64,000 nucleotides of DNA from Candidatus Eiseniibacteriota bacterium (lineage in GTDB: Bacteria > Eisenbacteria > RBG-16-71-46), in assembly GCA_963717935.1 (NCBI GenBank), contig CAVQXP010000004.1, positions 800,001-864,000 of the forward strand. Direction: 5' to 3'. The position numbers and the translations under genes are program-made. Of the stretch, positions 33,299 to 43,286 are shown piece after piece. Each line of letters begins with the position of its first letter. The first letter of the stretch is position 1. Under the pieces are notes generated by a model that saw nothing but the letters and a program-made list of their open reading frames with translations, was not told the origin of the DNA and ran no database searches.

Positions 33299-34418
33299 GC
33301 GAGCTCCTTGCGGAAGGCGCGCACCGCGAGGGCGAGGCCGGCCACGGCGTACAGGAACATGAGCGCGCCCTGGACCCACAGCACGTCGGGCCCCACGCCC
33401 TTCAGGAAGATGCCACGCGTCACCACCAGGAAGTAGCGGGCCGGCACCAGGTAGGTGAGCAGCTGCAGCGGCAGCGGCATGTTGTCGATGGCGAACATGA
33501 ACCCCGAGAGCAGGAAGCCGGGCAGGAACGTGACGATCATGCCGATCTGCGTGGCCAACAGCTGCGTGCGGGCCACGGCCGAGATGAACAGGCCCAGGCC
33601 CAGGGTCCCGGTCAGGAACGCGAGCGACGTGCCGAAGAGGAACAACGGATTGCCGCGGAAGGGCACGTGGAAGAGCAGCACGCCCACGACCGAGCAGAGC
33701 GCCACGTCCACGAGCCCGATGCCGAGGTAGGGCAGGAGCTTCCCGATCACGACCTCGAGGCGCGTGACGGGCGTGGAGGCGAGCTGCTCCATGGTGCCGC
33801 GCTCCCACTCGCGGGCGATCGTCAGCGAGGTGAGCAGGCCCGCGATGATCATCATGATGACGGCCACCAGGCCGGGCACGATCATGTTCCGGCTCGACAG
33901 CTCCTCGTTGTACCAGATGCGGGTCTCCGCGCTGACCGGCAGGCGCACGCGCCGGGTCTGCAGCATGACCTGCGCCGAGTACTGCTGGGCGATGGCCTGG
34001 GTGTAGCCGAGCGAGATGGTGGCGCTGTTGGCATCGCTGCCGTCCACGATGGCCTGCACCACCGACGTGCGTGCGGCGCCCAGGTCGGCCGCGAAGCGCG
34101 GCGGGATGACCAGCACGAGCCGGACCCGGCCACGGTCGAGCAGCGGGCCGATGTCGGCGGTGCGTTCCGGGGTGGCGACCAGCGTGAAGCGGCCCGAGGC
34201 GCGGAAGGCGTCCACCAGCTCGCGCGAGGCCCGGGTGCGGTCCTGGTCCACCACGGCCATGCGGATGTCCTTCACGTCCCAGGTGATGGCGTAGCCGAAC
34301 AGGATGAGCAGTGCCACCGGCAGCAGGAAGGCGAGGATCAGGCTGCGCGGGTCGCGCCGAAGCTGCAGGATCTCCTTGCGGGCGATGGCGAAGAGCCGCA
34401 TCCGGTCCATGGGGGCCA

Positions 34419-34419
<1 letters not shown>
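33295..34419 (-). CDS. ABC-2 type transporter permease (YbhS-like)
   Basis: ARKEILQLRRD, IAREWERGTMEQL, GKLLPY, LSGFMF.I.NMP. Confidence 0.92.
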
Positions 34420-35356
<937 letters not shown>

Positions 35357-35360
<4 letters not shown>

Positions 35361-36373
35361 GCCGCCCCCGCCCGCGCGATGCGCTCGATGAACACGTCCT
35401 CGAGCGAGGGTGTGACGGTGTGCGCCTCGCCGACCGTGAAGCCCGCGGCACGCAGGCCGGCCGCGACGCGCGGGCCGTCCTGCGCGGCGTCGGCCACGGC
35501 GACGTGCAGCCGGTCGCCGAAGACCGCCGCGCTGCGCACCCCGGGAAGAGCCTGGGCGGCGGCGCGCGCCTCGTGCACGCGGTCCACCGGCACGGCGAGC
35601 ATCTCGATGCCCAGGCCGCGTTGCAGCGCCGCGGCGGTGTCGAGCGCCACGAGCCGTCCGCGGTGGAGCATGGCCAGCCGGTCGAAGCGCTCGGCCTCGT
35701 CCATGTAGGCGGTGCTCACCACCACGGTGGTGCCGTGGGCGACCATCTCGTGCACGATGAGCCAGAGGTCGCGCCGCGAGATCGGGTCCACGCCGAAGGT
35801 GGGCTCGTCGAGCAGCAGGATCGCGGGCTCGTGGATGAGACAGCAGGAGAGGGCGAGTTTCTGCTTCATGCCGCCCGAGAGCTGGGCGGCGAGCCGCGAC
35901 TGGAAGGGACCGAGCGCGGAGAAGCGGTAGAGACGCTCGAGGCGCGCCGGCCGCTCGGCGCGCGGCACGCGGTAGAGGTCGGCGTAGAAGTCGAGGTTCT
36001 CGGCCACGGTGAGGTCGCCGTAGAGGCCGAAGCGCTGCGCCATGTAGGCGATCGAGTGCTTCACCCGCTCGGGGTCGCGCGCCACGCTGACGCCGTCGAG
36101 CCGCGCGTCGCCGGCGCTGGGCTGCAGCACGCCGGCGAGCATGCGCAGCGTCGTGGTCTTGCCCGCGCCGTCGGGGCCGACGAGGCCGAACAACTCGCCG
36201 CGCTCCACGGCGAAGGAGAGCCCGTCCACCGCGGTGAGCGCGCCGAAGCGGCGCGTGAGGCCGTCCAGCTCGATGGCGGCCGCGCGCTGCGGGCCCGCGC
36301 CGGGCGCCGCGGCCGCCTGGCCGCCGCCCGCCGGGCGGTTCACCCGTGGCGCTGCGGAGCCCGCGTCCATCAC
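35357..36373 (-). CDS. ABC transporter ATP-binding protein
   Basis: GPDGAGKT, LSGGMKQK, LLDEPT; H-loop reads STAY as in the first NBD of YbhF-type proteins. Confidence 0.94.
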
Positions 36374-37362
36374 TTCGCGAGCGTCAGGCGAACGTCGGCG
36401 GGCATGCCGGGCTTGAGCTCGAAGGCCGTGTCGCCGGTGATGCGCACCTTGACGGCGTAGACCAGCTTCACGCGCTCCTCGCTGGTCTGGACGTTCTTGG
36501 GGGTGAACTCGGCCTCGCTGCTGATGTAGACCACCTCGCCCGGGTAGGCCCGGCCCTTGAAGGTGTCCGAGGTGATGCTCGCCGGCTGTCCGGTCCGCAC
36601 GGCGCCGATGCGCGCCTCGCTCACGTAGATGCGCACCCAGCGATCGGCCCGGTCCATCAGCGAGACCACGGCCGAGCCCGCGGGCACGATCTCACCGGGC
36701 TCGCGGTGCCGCACGGTGACCACCCCGTCGAAGGGCGCGCGGATCACCATGTTCGCCAGGCCCGCGTCGGCGGCGCGCAGGGCGGCCTCGGTCTGCGCGA
36801 CCGCCGCGCGCTGCGCGGCGATGCGCTCCCGGCGCGGGCCCGTCGCCACCAGCCGGTACTGCTCATCGGCCTGCTGGTACTGGCTCCGGGCCACGTCCAG
36901 CGCGGTCTTGGCCTTGTCGAACACCTGCTGGCTCACGACCTGCGTGCGGATCAGCTCCTGCGCGCGGTCGAAGTCACGCTGCGCGTCCTCGAGGCGCTGC
37001 TGCGCCGCGTCGCGGCCGGCGCGCGCCTGAGCCAGCTCCTCGCTGCGCGCGCCGCGCTCCATCTCCTCGAGCAGCGCGCGCGTGCCCGCCAGCTGCGCGC
37101 TGCTCTGTTCGCGGCGGGCCAGGGCCTCGATGCGGTCGAGCGAGGCCAGGGGCTCGCCGGCGCGCACCGGGTCGCCCTCGCGCACGCGGATCGAGTCGAT
37201 CCGCCCGGGGACCTGGAAGCCCAACTGCGCCTCGGTCGCCTCGACCGTTCCCGAGGCCGTGAGCCGGCCGCGCTCGGCGGCGCGGCGCAGGAGCGGGAGA
37301 GCGACCAGCACGGCGACCACGACGGCGAGCAGCGGGACGATGACGCGGGGATTCGGTCTCAT
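36370..37362 (-). CDS. HlyD-family periplasmic adaptor (YbhG-like)
   Basis: N-terminal TM, ASGTVEA, V.EGD.V..G, APFDGVV, AEFTPKNVQT, LKPGMPA. Confidence 0.93.
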   Translation of the reverse strand: MRPNPRVIVPLLAVVVAVLVALPLLRRAAERGRLTASGTVEATEAQLGFQVPGRIDSIRVREGDPVRAGEPLASLDRIEALARREQSSAQLAGTRALLEEMERGARSEELAQARAGRDAAQQRLEDAQRDFDRAQELIRTQVVSQQVFDKAKTALDVARSQYQQADEQYRLVATGPRRERIAAQRAAVAQTEAALRAADAGLANMVIRAPFDGVVTVRHREPGEIVPAGSAVVSLMDRADRWVRIYVSEARIGAVRTGQPASITSDTFKGRAYPGEVVYISSEAEFTPKNVQTSEERVKLVYAVKVRITGDTAFELKPGMPADVRLTLAK

Positions 37363-38012
37363 GACGGGGATCTCCGGAGTCGGGGCGGGCGCGCGGCGCG
37401 CGCGCGGGGCAGGGCGGGTGCACGGATGGCCTGCTCGAAGACGGGCCAGGTGGCACGGGCCTGGCCCATGACGTCGAAATGGCCGCCGCTCAGGGTCCAC
37501 AGCAAGCCGGCGGGCTGGACCAGGCCGAGGAACAGGATGGCGAGTGAACGGGCGTTCACATCGGAGCGGATCCGGTCGAGGCGCTGTCCCTGCCGGATGA
37601 TGTCGGCCACCCCGTCGAGGTAGCCCGAGACCACGCCGAGCAGCCTCTGACGGCGCTCGGGGTGGCCGATGTGGTAGTCGTCGGACAGCACGATGCGGGG
37701 CAGCGCGCGGTTGAGGCGGAAGAGCCGGATGTGGCGCTTGAGCAACCCGTGCAGCGCCTCGATCGGATCATCGGTCTCGGCGCGGGCGGCGGCGACGGCG
37801 CCGTGCAGCCGCTCGCGCATGCGGTCCAGCACCGCGTCGAGCATGGCGTCCTTGCTGGGGAAGTGCCGGTAGATGGCCGAGGGCGTGAGCCCCACGCGGC
37901 GGGCCACGGCGGCGAGGCTCAGGCCCCGCAGGCCGTGATCGGCCACCACCGCCAGCGTGGCGTCGGTCAACTGGTCCCGGCGGACCTCGGTGTGGAGCTT
38001 CTCGCGTGACAC
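37359..38012 (-). CDS. TetR/AcrR family transcriptional regulator
   Basis: HTH VARRVGLTPSAIYRHFPSKDAML; GGAGG before the GTG start. Confidence 0.93.
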   Translation of the reverse strand: MSREKLHTEVRRDQLTDATLAVVADHGLRGLSLAAVARRVGLTPSAIYRHFPSKDAMLDAVLDRMRERLHGAVAAARAETDDPIEALHGLLKRHIRLFRLNRALPRIVLSDDYHIGHPERRQRLLGVVSGYLDGVADIIRQGQRLDRIRSDVNARSLAILFLGLVQPAGLLWTLSGGHFDVMGQARATWPVFEQAIRAPALPRARAARPPRLRRSPS

Positions 38013-38023
38013 GCCGCCTCCGG

Positions 38024-38068
38024 TTGTGAATGCGCGTTCACAATAAAACCGTGCCGCGGCCGGGTCAA
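38024..38068 (-). promoter_or_regulatory. Sigma70 promoter with overlapping palindromic operator for the tetR-ABC operon
   Basis: Minus strand TTGACC (38068-38063), 17 nt, TATTGT (38045-38040). Palindrome TTGTGAA-tGCGCg-TTCACAA at 38024-38043. Confidence 0.72.
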
Positions 38069-38432
38069 GCCCCCGGCGCGACGAGCCCCGCCGGGTCCGC
38101 CGGCCGGGGTCAGGTCCACGCGCCGGGCCGCGCGCCGCCCCGCCCGGGCCGTCCGTCCGCGTGTCACCCGTGGCAGGTCGCCCGCCAACCCTGTCAGCAG
38201 GCGGCCCCGCGGGGGCGGCCGCGGGCCGCCGCGCGCCCGGTGCGGCAACGGGTCCGCCCGCGTGAACATCCCCCGCGCGGGATGGTATGCTCCTTGCCGC
38301 TTTGCCCCCTCAGGACAACTGCATCAGGGCTTACTTCTACACTCGCGTGCATGAGCATTCCCCGGGCGTTTCACGGCTGACGCCGTGGACGGACCTGCGG
38401 TCGGAAGGCGCGCCTAACCGAGAGGTTGCGTC

Positions 38433-39785
38433 ATGGGTGATTCCAGGAAGACCCGCGTCATCATCATGGGAGCCGCCGGGAGGGATTTCCACAACTTCAA
38501 CGTCTACTGGAAGCAGCGCACGGACGTGGAGGTCGTCTGCTTCACCGCCGCCCAGATCCCGGACATCGCGGGGCGCGTGTACCCGCCGGTGCTGGCCGGC
38601 CCGCAGTACCCGAAGGGCATCCCGATCCACGCCGAGGACCAGCTCGACGGCCTGATCCGCGAGCACCGCATCGACCTGGTGGCCTTCTCCTACTCCGATG
38701 TCTCGCACGAGCACGTCATGCACCAGGCCTGCCGCGTGAACGCCGCAGGGGCGGAGTTCGCGCTGCTGGGCGCTGCCCAGACCATGATCGAGAGCACGAA
38801 GCCGGTCATCGCCGTGGGCGCGGTGCGCACCGGTTCGGGCAAGAGCCAGACCTCGCGTCGCGTCGCCGAGATCCTCAAGGACATGGGCAAGAAGGTGGCG
38901 GTGGTGCGGCACCCGATGCCGTACGGCGATCTCGCCCGGCAGGCGGTGCAGCGCTTCGCCAACGTCGCGGACATGGACGCGGCCCAGTGCACCATCGAGG
39001 AGCGCGAGGAGTACGAGCCGCACACCGCGATGGGCAACCTGGTCTTCGCGGGCGTCGACTACGAAGCCATCCTGCGCCGCGCCGAGCAGGAGGCCGACGT
39101 GGTGCTGTGGGACGGTGGCAACAACGACACGCCGTTCTACCGCCCCGACCTCAACATCGTGGTGGCCGATCCGCACCGCGCCGGTCATGAGCTGCGCTAT
39201 TACCCGGGCGAGACCAACGTGCGCATGGCCGACATCGTGGTGATCAACAAGGTGGACACCGCGGATTCCGAGGCCATCCAGACGGTCGAAGCCAACGTGC
39301 GCGCGCTGAACCCGACCGCCGTCCTCCTGCGTGCCAACTCCCCGGTCACGGTGGAGCAGCCCGAGGCGGTGAAGGGCAAGCGCGTGCTGGTGATCGAGGA
39401 CGGCCCGACGCTCACGCACGGCGAGATGCGCTACGGCGCGGGCCTCGTCGCCGCGCACAAGCTGCAGGCGGGCGAGATCGTGGATCCGCGGCCGTACGCG
39501 CAGGGCTCCATCAAGAAGGTGTTCGAGAAGTACTCGCACCTCACCCAGATCCTGCCGGCCATGGGCTATGGCGAGCGGCAGGTCGCCGAGCTGTCGGCCA
39601 CCATCAACGCGGTGCCGTGCGACCTGGTGCTGATCGCCACGCCCATCGACCTGCGGCACGTCCTCACCATCGACAAACCCTCGACGCGCGTGATGTACGA
39701 GCTCGAGGAGCACGACCGGACCGTGCTGCCGCGGGCCATCGCGAAGGCCGTGGCGGCACAGAAGGGCGCGGCGCCCCATGCCTAG
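38433..39785 (+). CDS. arcE: P-loop NTPase of the cyclic-2,3-DPG-synthase-like family; probable arginine synthetase (ArcE-like)
   Basis: IMGAAGRDFHNFN, AVRTGSGKSQT, RHPMPYG, TIEEREEYE, WDGGNND, INKVD, EDGPTLTHG; overlaps argF by 8 nt. Confidence 0.72.
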   Translation: MGDSRKTRVIIMGAAGRDFHNFNVYWKQRTDVEVVCFTAAQIPDIAGRVYPPVLAGPQYPKGIPIHAEDQLDGLIREHRIDLVAFSYSDVSHEHVMHQACRVNAAGAEFALLGAAQTMIESTKPVIAVGAVRTGSGKSQTSRRVAEILKDMGKKVAVVRHPMPYGDLARQAVQRFANVADMDAAQCTIEEREEYEPHTAMGNLVFAGVDYEAILRRAEQEADVVLWDGGNNDTPFYRPDLNIVVADPHRAGHELRYYPGETNVRMADIVVINKVDTADSEAIQTVEANVRALNPTAVLLRANSPVTVEQPEAVKGKRVLVIEDGPTLTHGEMRYGAGLVAAHKLQAGEIVDPRPYAQGSIKKVFEKYSHLTQILPAMGYGERQVAELSATINAVPCDLVLIATPIDLRHVLTIDKPSTRVMYELEEHDRTVLPRAIAKAVAAQKGAAPHA

Positions 39786-40704
39786 CCCGAGCTACCTCTC
39801 GGTCAAGGACCTCTCGGCGTCCCGGACGCTGGAGGTCCTGCAGCTCGCCGGCCGTCTCAAGCGCGAGATCAAGGCGGGCACACCGCACCCCCGGCTCGCG
39901 GGCAAGACCCTCGCGATGATCTTCCAGAAGCCCTCGCTGCGCACACGGGTCTCGTTCGAGGTGGGCATGACGCAGCTCGGGGGCCACGCGATCTACCTGG
40001 GGCCCTCGGACATCAAGCTCGGTGAGCGCGAGACGGTGGAAGACATCGCCCTGACGATCTCGCGCATGTGCGATGTCATCATGGCCCGTGTGTTCGGACA
40101 CGACAGCGTGGCGGGGCTGGCGCAGCACGCCACGGTGCCGGTCATCAACGCGCTCTCGGATCGCGAGCATCCCTGCCAGATCCTGGCCGACCTGCAGACC
40201 ATCCAGGAGCGCAAGGGCCGCTTCGAGGGGCTCAAGGCCGTGTTCGTGGGGGATGGCAACAACGTGGCCCAGTCGTTCCTGTACGGTGGCGCCCTGCTCG
40301 GGATGAGCGTGACCGTGGCCTGCCCGCGGGGCTACGAGCCCCTCCCGGAAGTCGTGGCGGACGCGACGGCCCTGGGGAAGCGGACCGGGGCCGCGATCGC
40401 GGTCTCGAACGACCTGATGGCTGCCTGCCGCGGCGCCGACGTGCTCTACACGGACGTCTGGGCCAGCATGGGGCAGGAGGCGGAGGCCGCGAAGCGGAAG
40501 CACGACTTCAGCGGCTGGCAGATCGACGCCGCGCTCATGGCGGTGGCGAAGCCGGACGCGACCATCCTGCATTGCCTCCCCGCGCACTACGGCGAGGAGA
40601 TCGACTACGCCACCTCGCGCACGCCCAACTCGGCCATCTTCGACCAGGCCGAGAACCGGCTGCACGCGCAGAAGGCGCTGATGCTGCACCTGATGGGCGC
40701 CTGA
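39778..40704 (+). CDS. argF: Ornithine carbamoyltransferase
   Basis: KPSLRTR, HPCQ, GDGNNV, DVWASMG, HCLPA, QAENR. Confidence 0.95.
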   Translation: MPSPSYLSVKDLSASRTLEVLQLAGRLKREIKAGTPHPRLAGKTLAMIFQKPSLRTRVSFEVGMTQLGGHAIYLGPSDIKLGERETVEDIALTISRMCDVIMARVFGHDSVAGLAQHATVPVINALSDREHPCQILADLQTIQERKGRFEGLKAVFVGDGNNVAQSFLYGGALLGMSVTVACPRGYEPLPEVVADATALGKRTGAAIAVSNDLMAACRGADVLYTDVWASMGQEAEAAKRKHDFSGWQIDAALMAVAKPDATILHCLPAHYGEEIDYATSRTPNSAIFDQAENRLHAQKALMLHLMGA

Positions 40705-40727
40705 GTCCGGGAACGGGTGAACGAACG

Positions 40728-41519
40728 ATGACCGGGGAGAAGCGGAAGGAAGGAACGGGGGAGACGCTGCGCGGCGCCGTGGTGATCGTGGTCGCGGGCG
40801 TCGCGCTGGGCCTGGCGTTCAACGCGCTGGGCCTGGCGAGCAAGCCGCCGCGCGGGCTCCCGTGGGTCAAGCTGGTGGCGAAGTTGCCGAGCCTCGAGGA
40901 ACTGCAGGGCGACAGCACGGGCGCCGTGACGAACGCGCCCGTGCCCGGGGGGGGCCGGCTCGCGGTCTCTCCCGCGCCGGTGGCCGCGACTCCCGCGACT
41001 CCCGCGGCGGGCTCCCGGAGCGACGGAGCCGCGGCGAGCGATCCGGGAGCTCGGCCGGCCCCCGCGCCGCCGCCGGACGCCCTGCCCGGCGCGCACGAGG
41101 CCGCCACGCCGTCCGTCACCGCGCCGCCGCCAGCCGCAGCCGGGCTGCCCGAGGTGCCCGACCGCAACGAGCCCATCGAGGTGCAGCTCTCGACGGCGAA
41201 GAGGTTCTTCGACGCGAAGGCCGCGCTCTTCGTGGACGCGCGCGAGGCTCCCGAGTACGCCGAGGGGCGCATCCCGGGAGCGCTCAACCTGCCCCTCGAC
41301 GACGTGGTGGCGAGGCCGGCGCTGCTCGGGGCGTTGAAGGACGCGGGCCGGCCGGTCATCGTCTACTGTGGCGGCGGGGACTGCGAGGTCTCGAAGAGCC
41401 TCGCCTGGAACATGCTCGACCAGGGCATCCGGAAGGTGCTCGTCTACACCGGCGGCCTCGAGGAGTGGCAGGCCGCCGGCTACCCGGTCGAGCGCGGACC
41501 GGCGAAGGGAGGCTCCTGA
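40728..41519 (+). CDS. Membrane-anchored rhodanese-like domain protein
   Basis: N-terminal TM, Pro/Ala linker, DAR...Y.EGRIPGA, VYCGGGDC, YTGG.EEW...GYP. Confidence 0.85.
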   Translation: MTGEKRKEGTGETLRGAVVIVVAGVALGLAFNALGLASKPPRGLPWVKLVAKLPSLEELQGDSTGAVTNAPVPGGGRLAVSPAPVAATPATPAAGSRSDGAAASDPGARPAPAPPPDALPGAHEAATPSVTAPPPAAAGLPEVPDRNEPIEVQLSTAKRFFDAKAALFVDAREAPEYAEGRIPGALNLPLDDVVARPALLGALKDAGRPVIVYCGGGDCEVSKSLAWNMLDQGIRKVLVYTGGLEEWQAAGYPVERGPAKGGS

Positions 41520-41935
41520 TGAGCGTGCTGACGCATCCGGCCCTGCGGCGCCTGTGCCAGCTCTTCGTCGGGCTCATCTTCCTGGTCTCCGCGCTCGCCA
41601 AGATCGGCGACGCCGGCGCCCTCGCCTCGCAGGTGCACAACTACCGGCTCGTGCCGGTCGGGTCCGAGAACCTGCTCGCGATGATCCTGCCGTGGATCGA
41701 GCTCCTCGCCGGGCTCTCGCTCGCGCTCGGCGTCCGGCCGCGCGCCGGCGCGTGGCTCGCGACGGCGTCCCTGGCCGTCTTCACGATCGCGGTGGGCGTG
41801 TCCATGGCGCGCGGGCTCGACTTCCAGTGCGGCTGCTTCGGCACCGCGGACGCGACACGGATCGGCGGGGTCAAGCTGGCGGAGAACCTCGGCATGCTCG
41901 CTCTCGCCGCCGTGGGGTCGCTCCGGCCGAGGTAG
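41519..41935 (+). CDS. MauE/DoxX family membrane protein
   Basis: FLVSALAK, LPWIEL, RGLDFQCGCFG; TGATG coupling to the rhodanese gene. Confidence 0.88.
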   Translation: MSVLTHPALRRLCQLFVGLIFLVSALAKIGDAGALASQVHNYRLVPVGSENLLAMILPWIELLAGLSLALGVRPRAGAWLATASLAVFTIAVGVSMARGLDFQCGCFGTADATRIGGVKLAENLGMLALAAVGSLRPR

Positions 41936-42033
41936 CCGCGAGCGTCGCATCGCCCCGCGGTCTCCGCGGCCCGCGAACGCGCGAGCCCGCACGGTGGTCC
42001 GTGCGGGCTCGTCGAACGCGCGGTCTCCCGGGC

Positions 42034-43014
42034 TCAGTACGCCTGGTCCACCGCCTTGACCAGTCGCCCGCAGGCCTCGGCCAGGCCACCGTGCAGGGCC
42101 GCCACGTCGGTCTCCTTCCACTGCGCCCGGTCGGCGCGCACGAACGTGGTCTTGTCCACGCGGTTGTCGAAGCGCGCCACCGGCAGGTGCCAGGTGCGCC
42201 CGTGGGCCTCGATCCTCACCGTGTCGGGGCGGTCGGACTGCTGGAGCAGCCACGCCATGTCGTCGCAGCCGTAGTCGCCGAGCATCACCGCCATCGGCAC
42301 GCCGTGGTGAAGGATGGAGCCCGGGTCGTTGGGGTCGGTGCGCTCGATGTTCTTGCGCCGCGACTCCTCGGGCGTGACCCAGACGTAGAGGACCGAGGCG
42401 CGCGCGAGGATCTCCTCGGAGAGCGTGGCGAACGAGTAGCGGTAGCCCAGCGGCGCCGGCAGGGGCAGTGCGGACTTGTCCGGGCCGCCGCGCGCGAACT
42501 CGATCACCACGGTCCGGCCGTTCAGCGAGTCGGGGATGCCCGCGTTCTTGTCGCGGAGCAGCTCGGCGCACTCGGCTTCGAGCGCCTGGACGATCTCGCG
42601 GCGCACGGCGGGCTCGAGCTGGCCGAGCGCGGGGCGCGCGGCGACCTTGCGGCGCGCGGCGTCGAAACGGTCCAGGAGCCACTCGGCGGCCGATCCCGGC
42701 GCCGGACGGTGGCGCTTCACGAGGTCCTCGAAATCCTCGTTCAGCAGCTCGATCAGCGTGCCCCAGTCCCGCGGCTCCTTCATCGGCAGCTCGTCGGAGT
42801 CGAAGAACAGCCCATCCTGGCCGCGCTTGCGCAGCTCCTGGCTGATGCGGCGCATCAGGTGCACGTACGGGTAGTCGTCGAGCTGCACGGTGGGTCCGAC
42901 GTGCATCTCGTCGCGGCACTGCTCGGGGGTGAGACCCGCGAGGTAGCGGCGGACTTCCGACTTGCCCGAGGCGGGCAGGGCCGTGAGCAACAGGACGTCG
43001 ATCAGGCTGGACAT
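42034..43014 (-). CDS. Uncharacterised P-loop (nucleotide-kinase-like) protein
   Basis: N-terminal strand plus ALPASGKSE Walker A variant, LDD, VVIEFARG, LYVWVTPEESRRKN..R; SD-like GAGG upstream; coding-type codon usage. Confidence 0.7.
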   Translation of the reverse strand: MSSLIDVLLLTALPASGKSEVRRYLAGLTPEQCRDEMHVGPTVQLDDYPYVHLMRRISQELRKRGQDGLFFDSDELPMKEPRDWGTLIELLNEDFEDLVKRHRPAPGSAAEWLLDRFDAARRKVAARPALGQLEPAVRREIVQALEAECAELLRDKNAGIPDSLNGRTVVIEFARGGPDKSALPLPAPLGYRYSFATLSEEILARASVLYVWVTPEESRRKNIERTDPNDPGSILHHGVPMAVMLGDYGCDDMAWLLQQSDRPDTVRIEAHGRTWHLPVARFDNRVDKTTFVRADRAQWKETDVAALHGGLAEACGRLVKAVDQAY

Positions 43015-43286
43015 GGAGGGACTCGCGTGAGGTTGGAATGTGGGTCTCGGTGATCGTGTCGGAGCCCGCGTGAGCGGACGTCCAGGAAGCGCTCGAACTA
43101 TAGTCGAGCCAGTCGCGCGGTGACAATCATCGGGTCATCGCCGATGCGGGACGGGTGCGCGGCGGATGACGCTCTCGACCGTGTCGAGGCCCGAGGCGGC
43201 GGTCCTGCCGGGAGACGGCCGAGGCGGGCCGCGCCGGCGCCCCGCCGCCTACGCCTCGTGCCCGGAGCGCGTTACACTGCCCGGCC

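Noticed and set aside
39778..40704. N-acetyl/N-succinyl-ornithine transcarbamylase suggested by SLRT
   Set aside because: It retains DVWASMG and HCLPA, typical of ordinary OTC.
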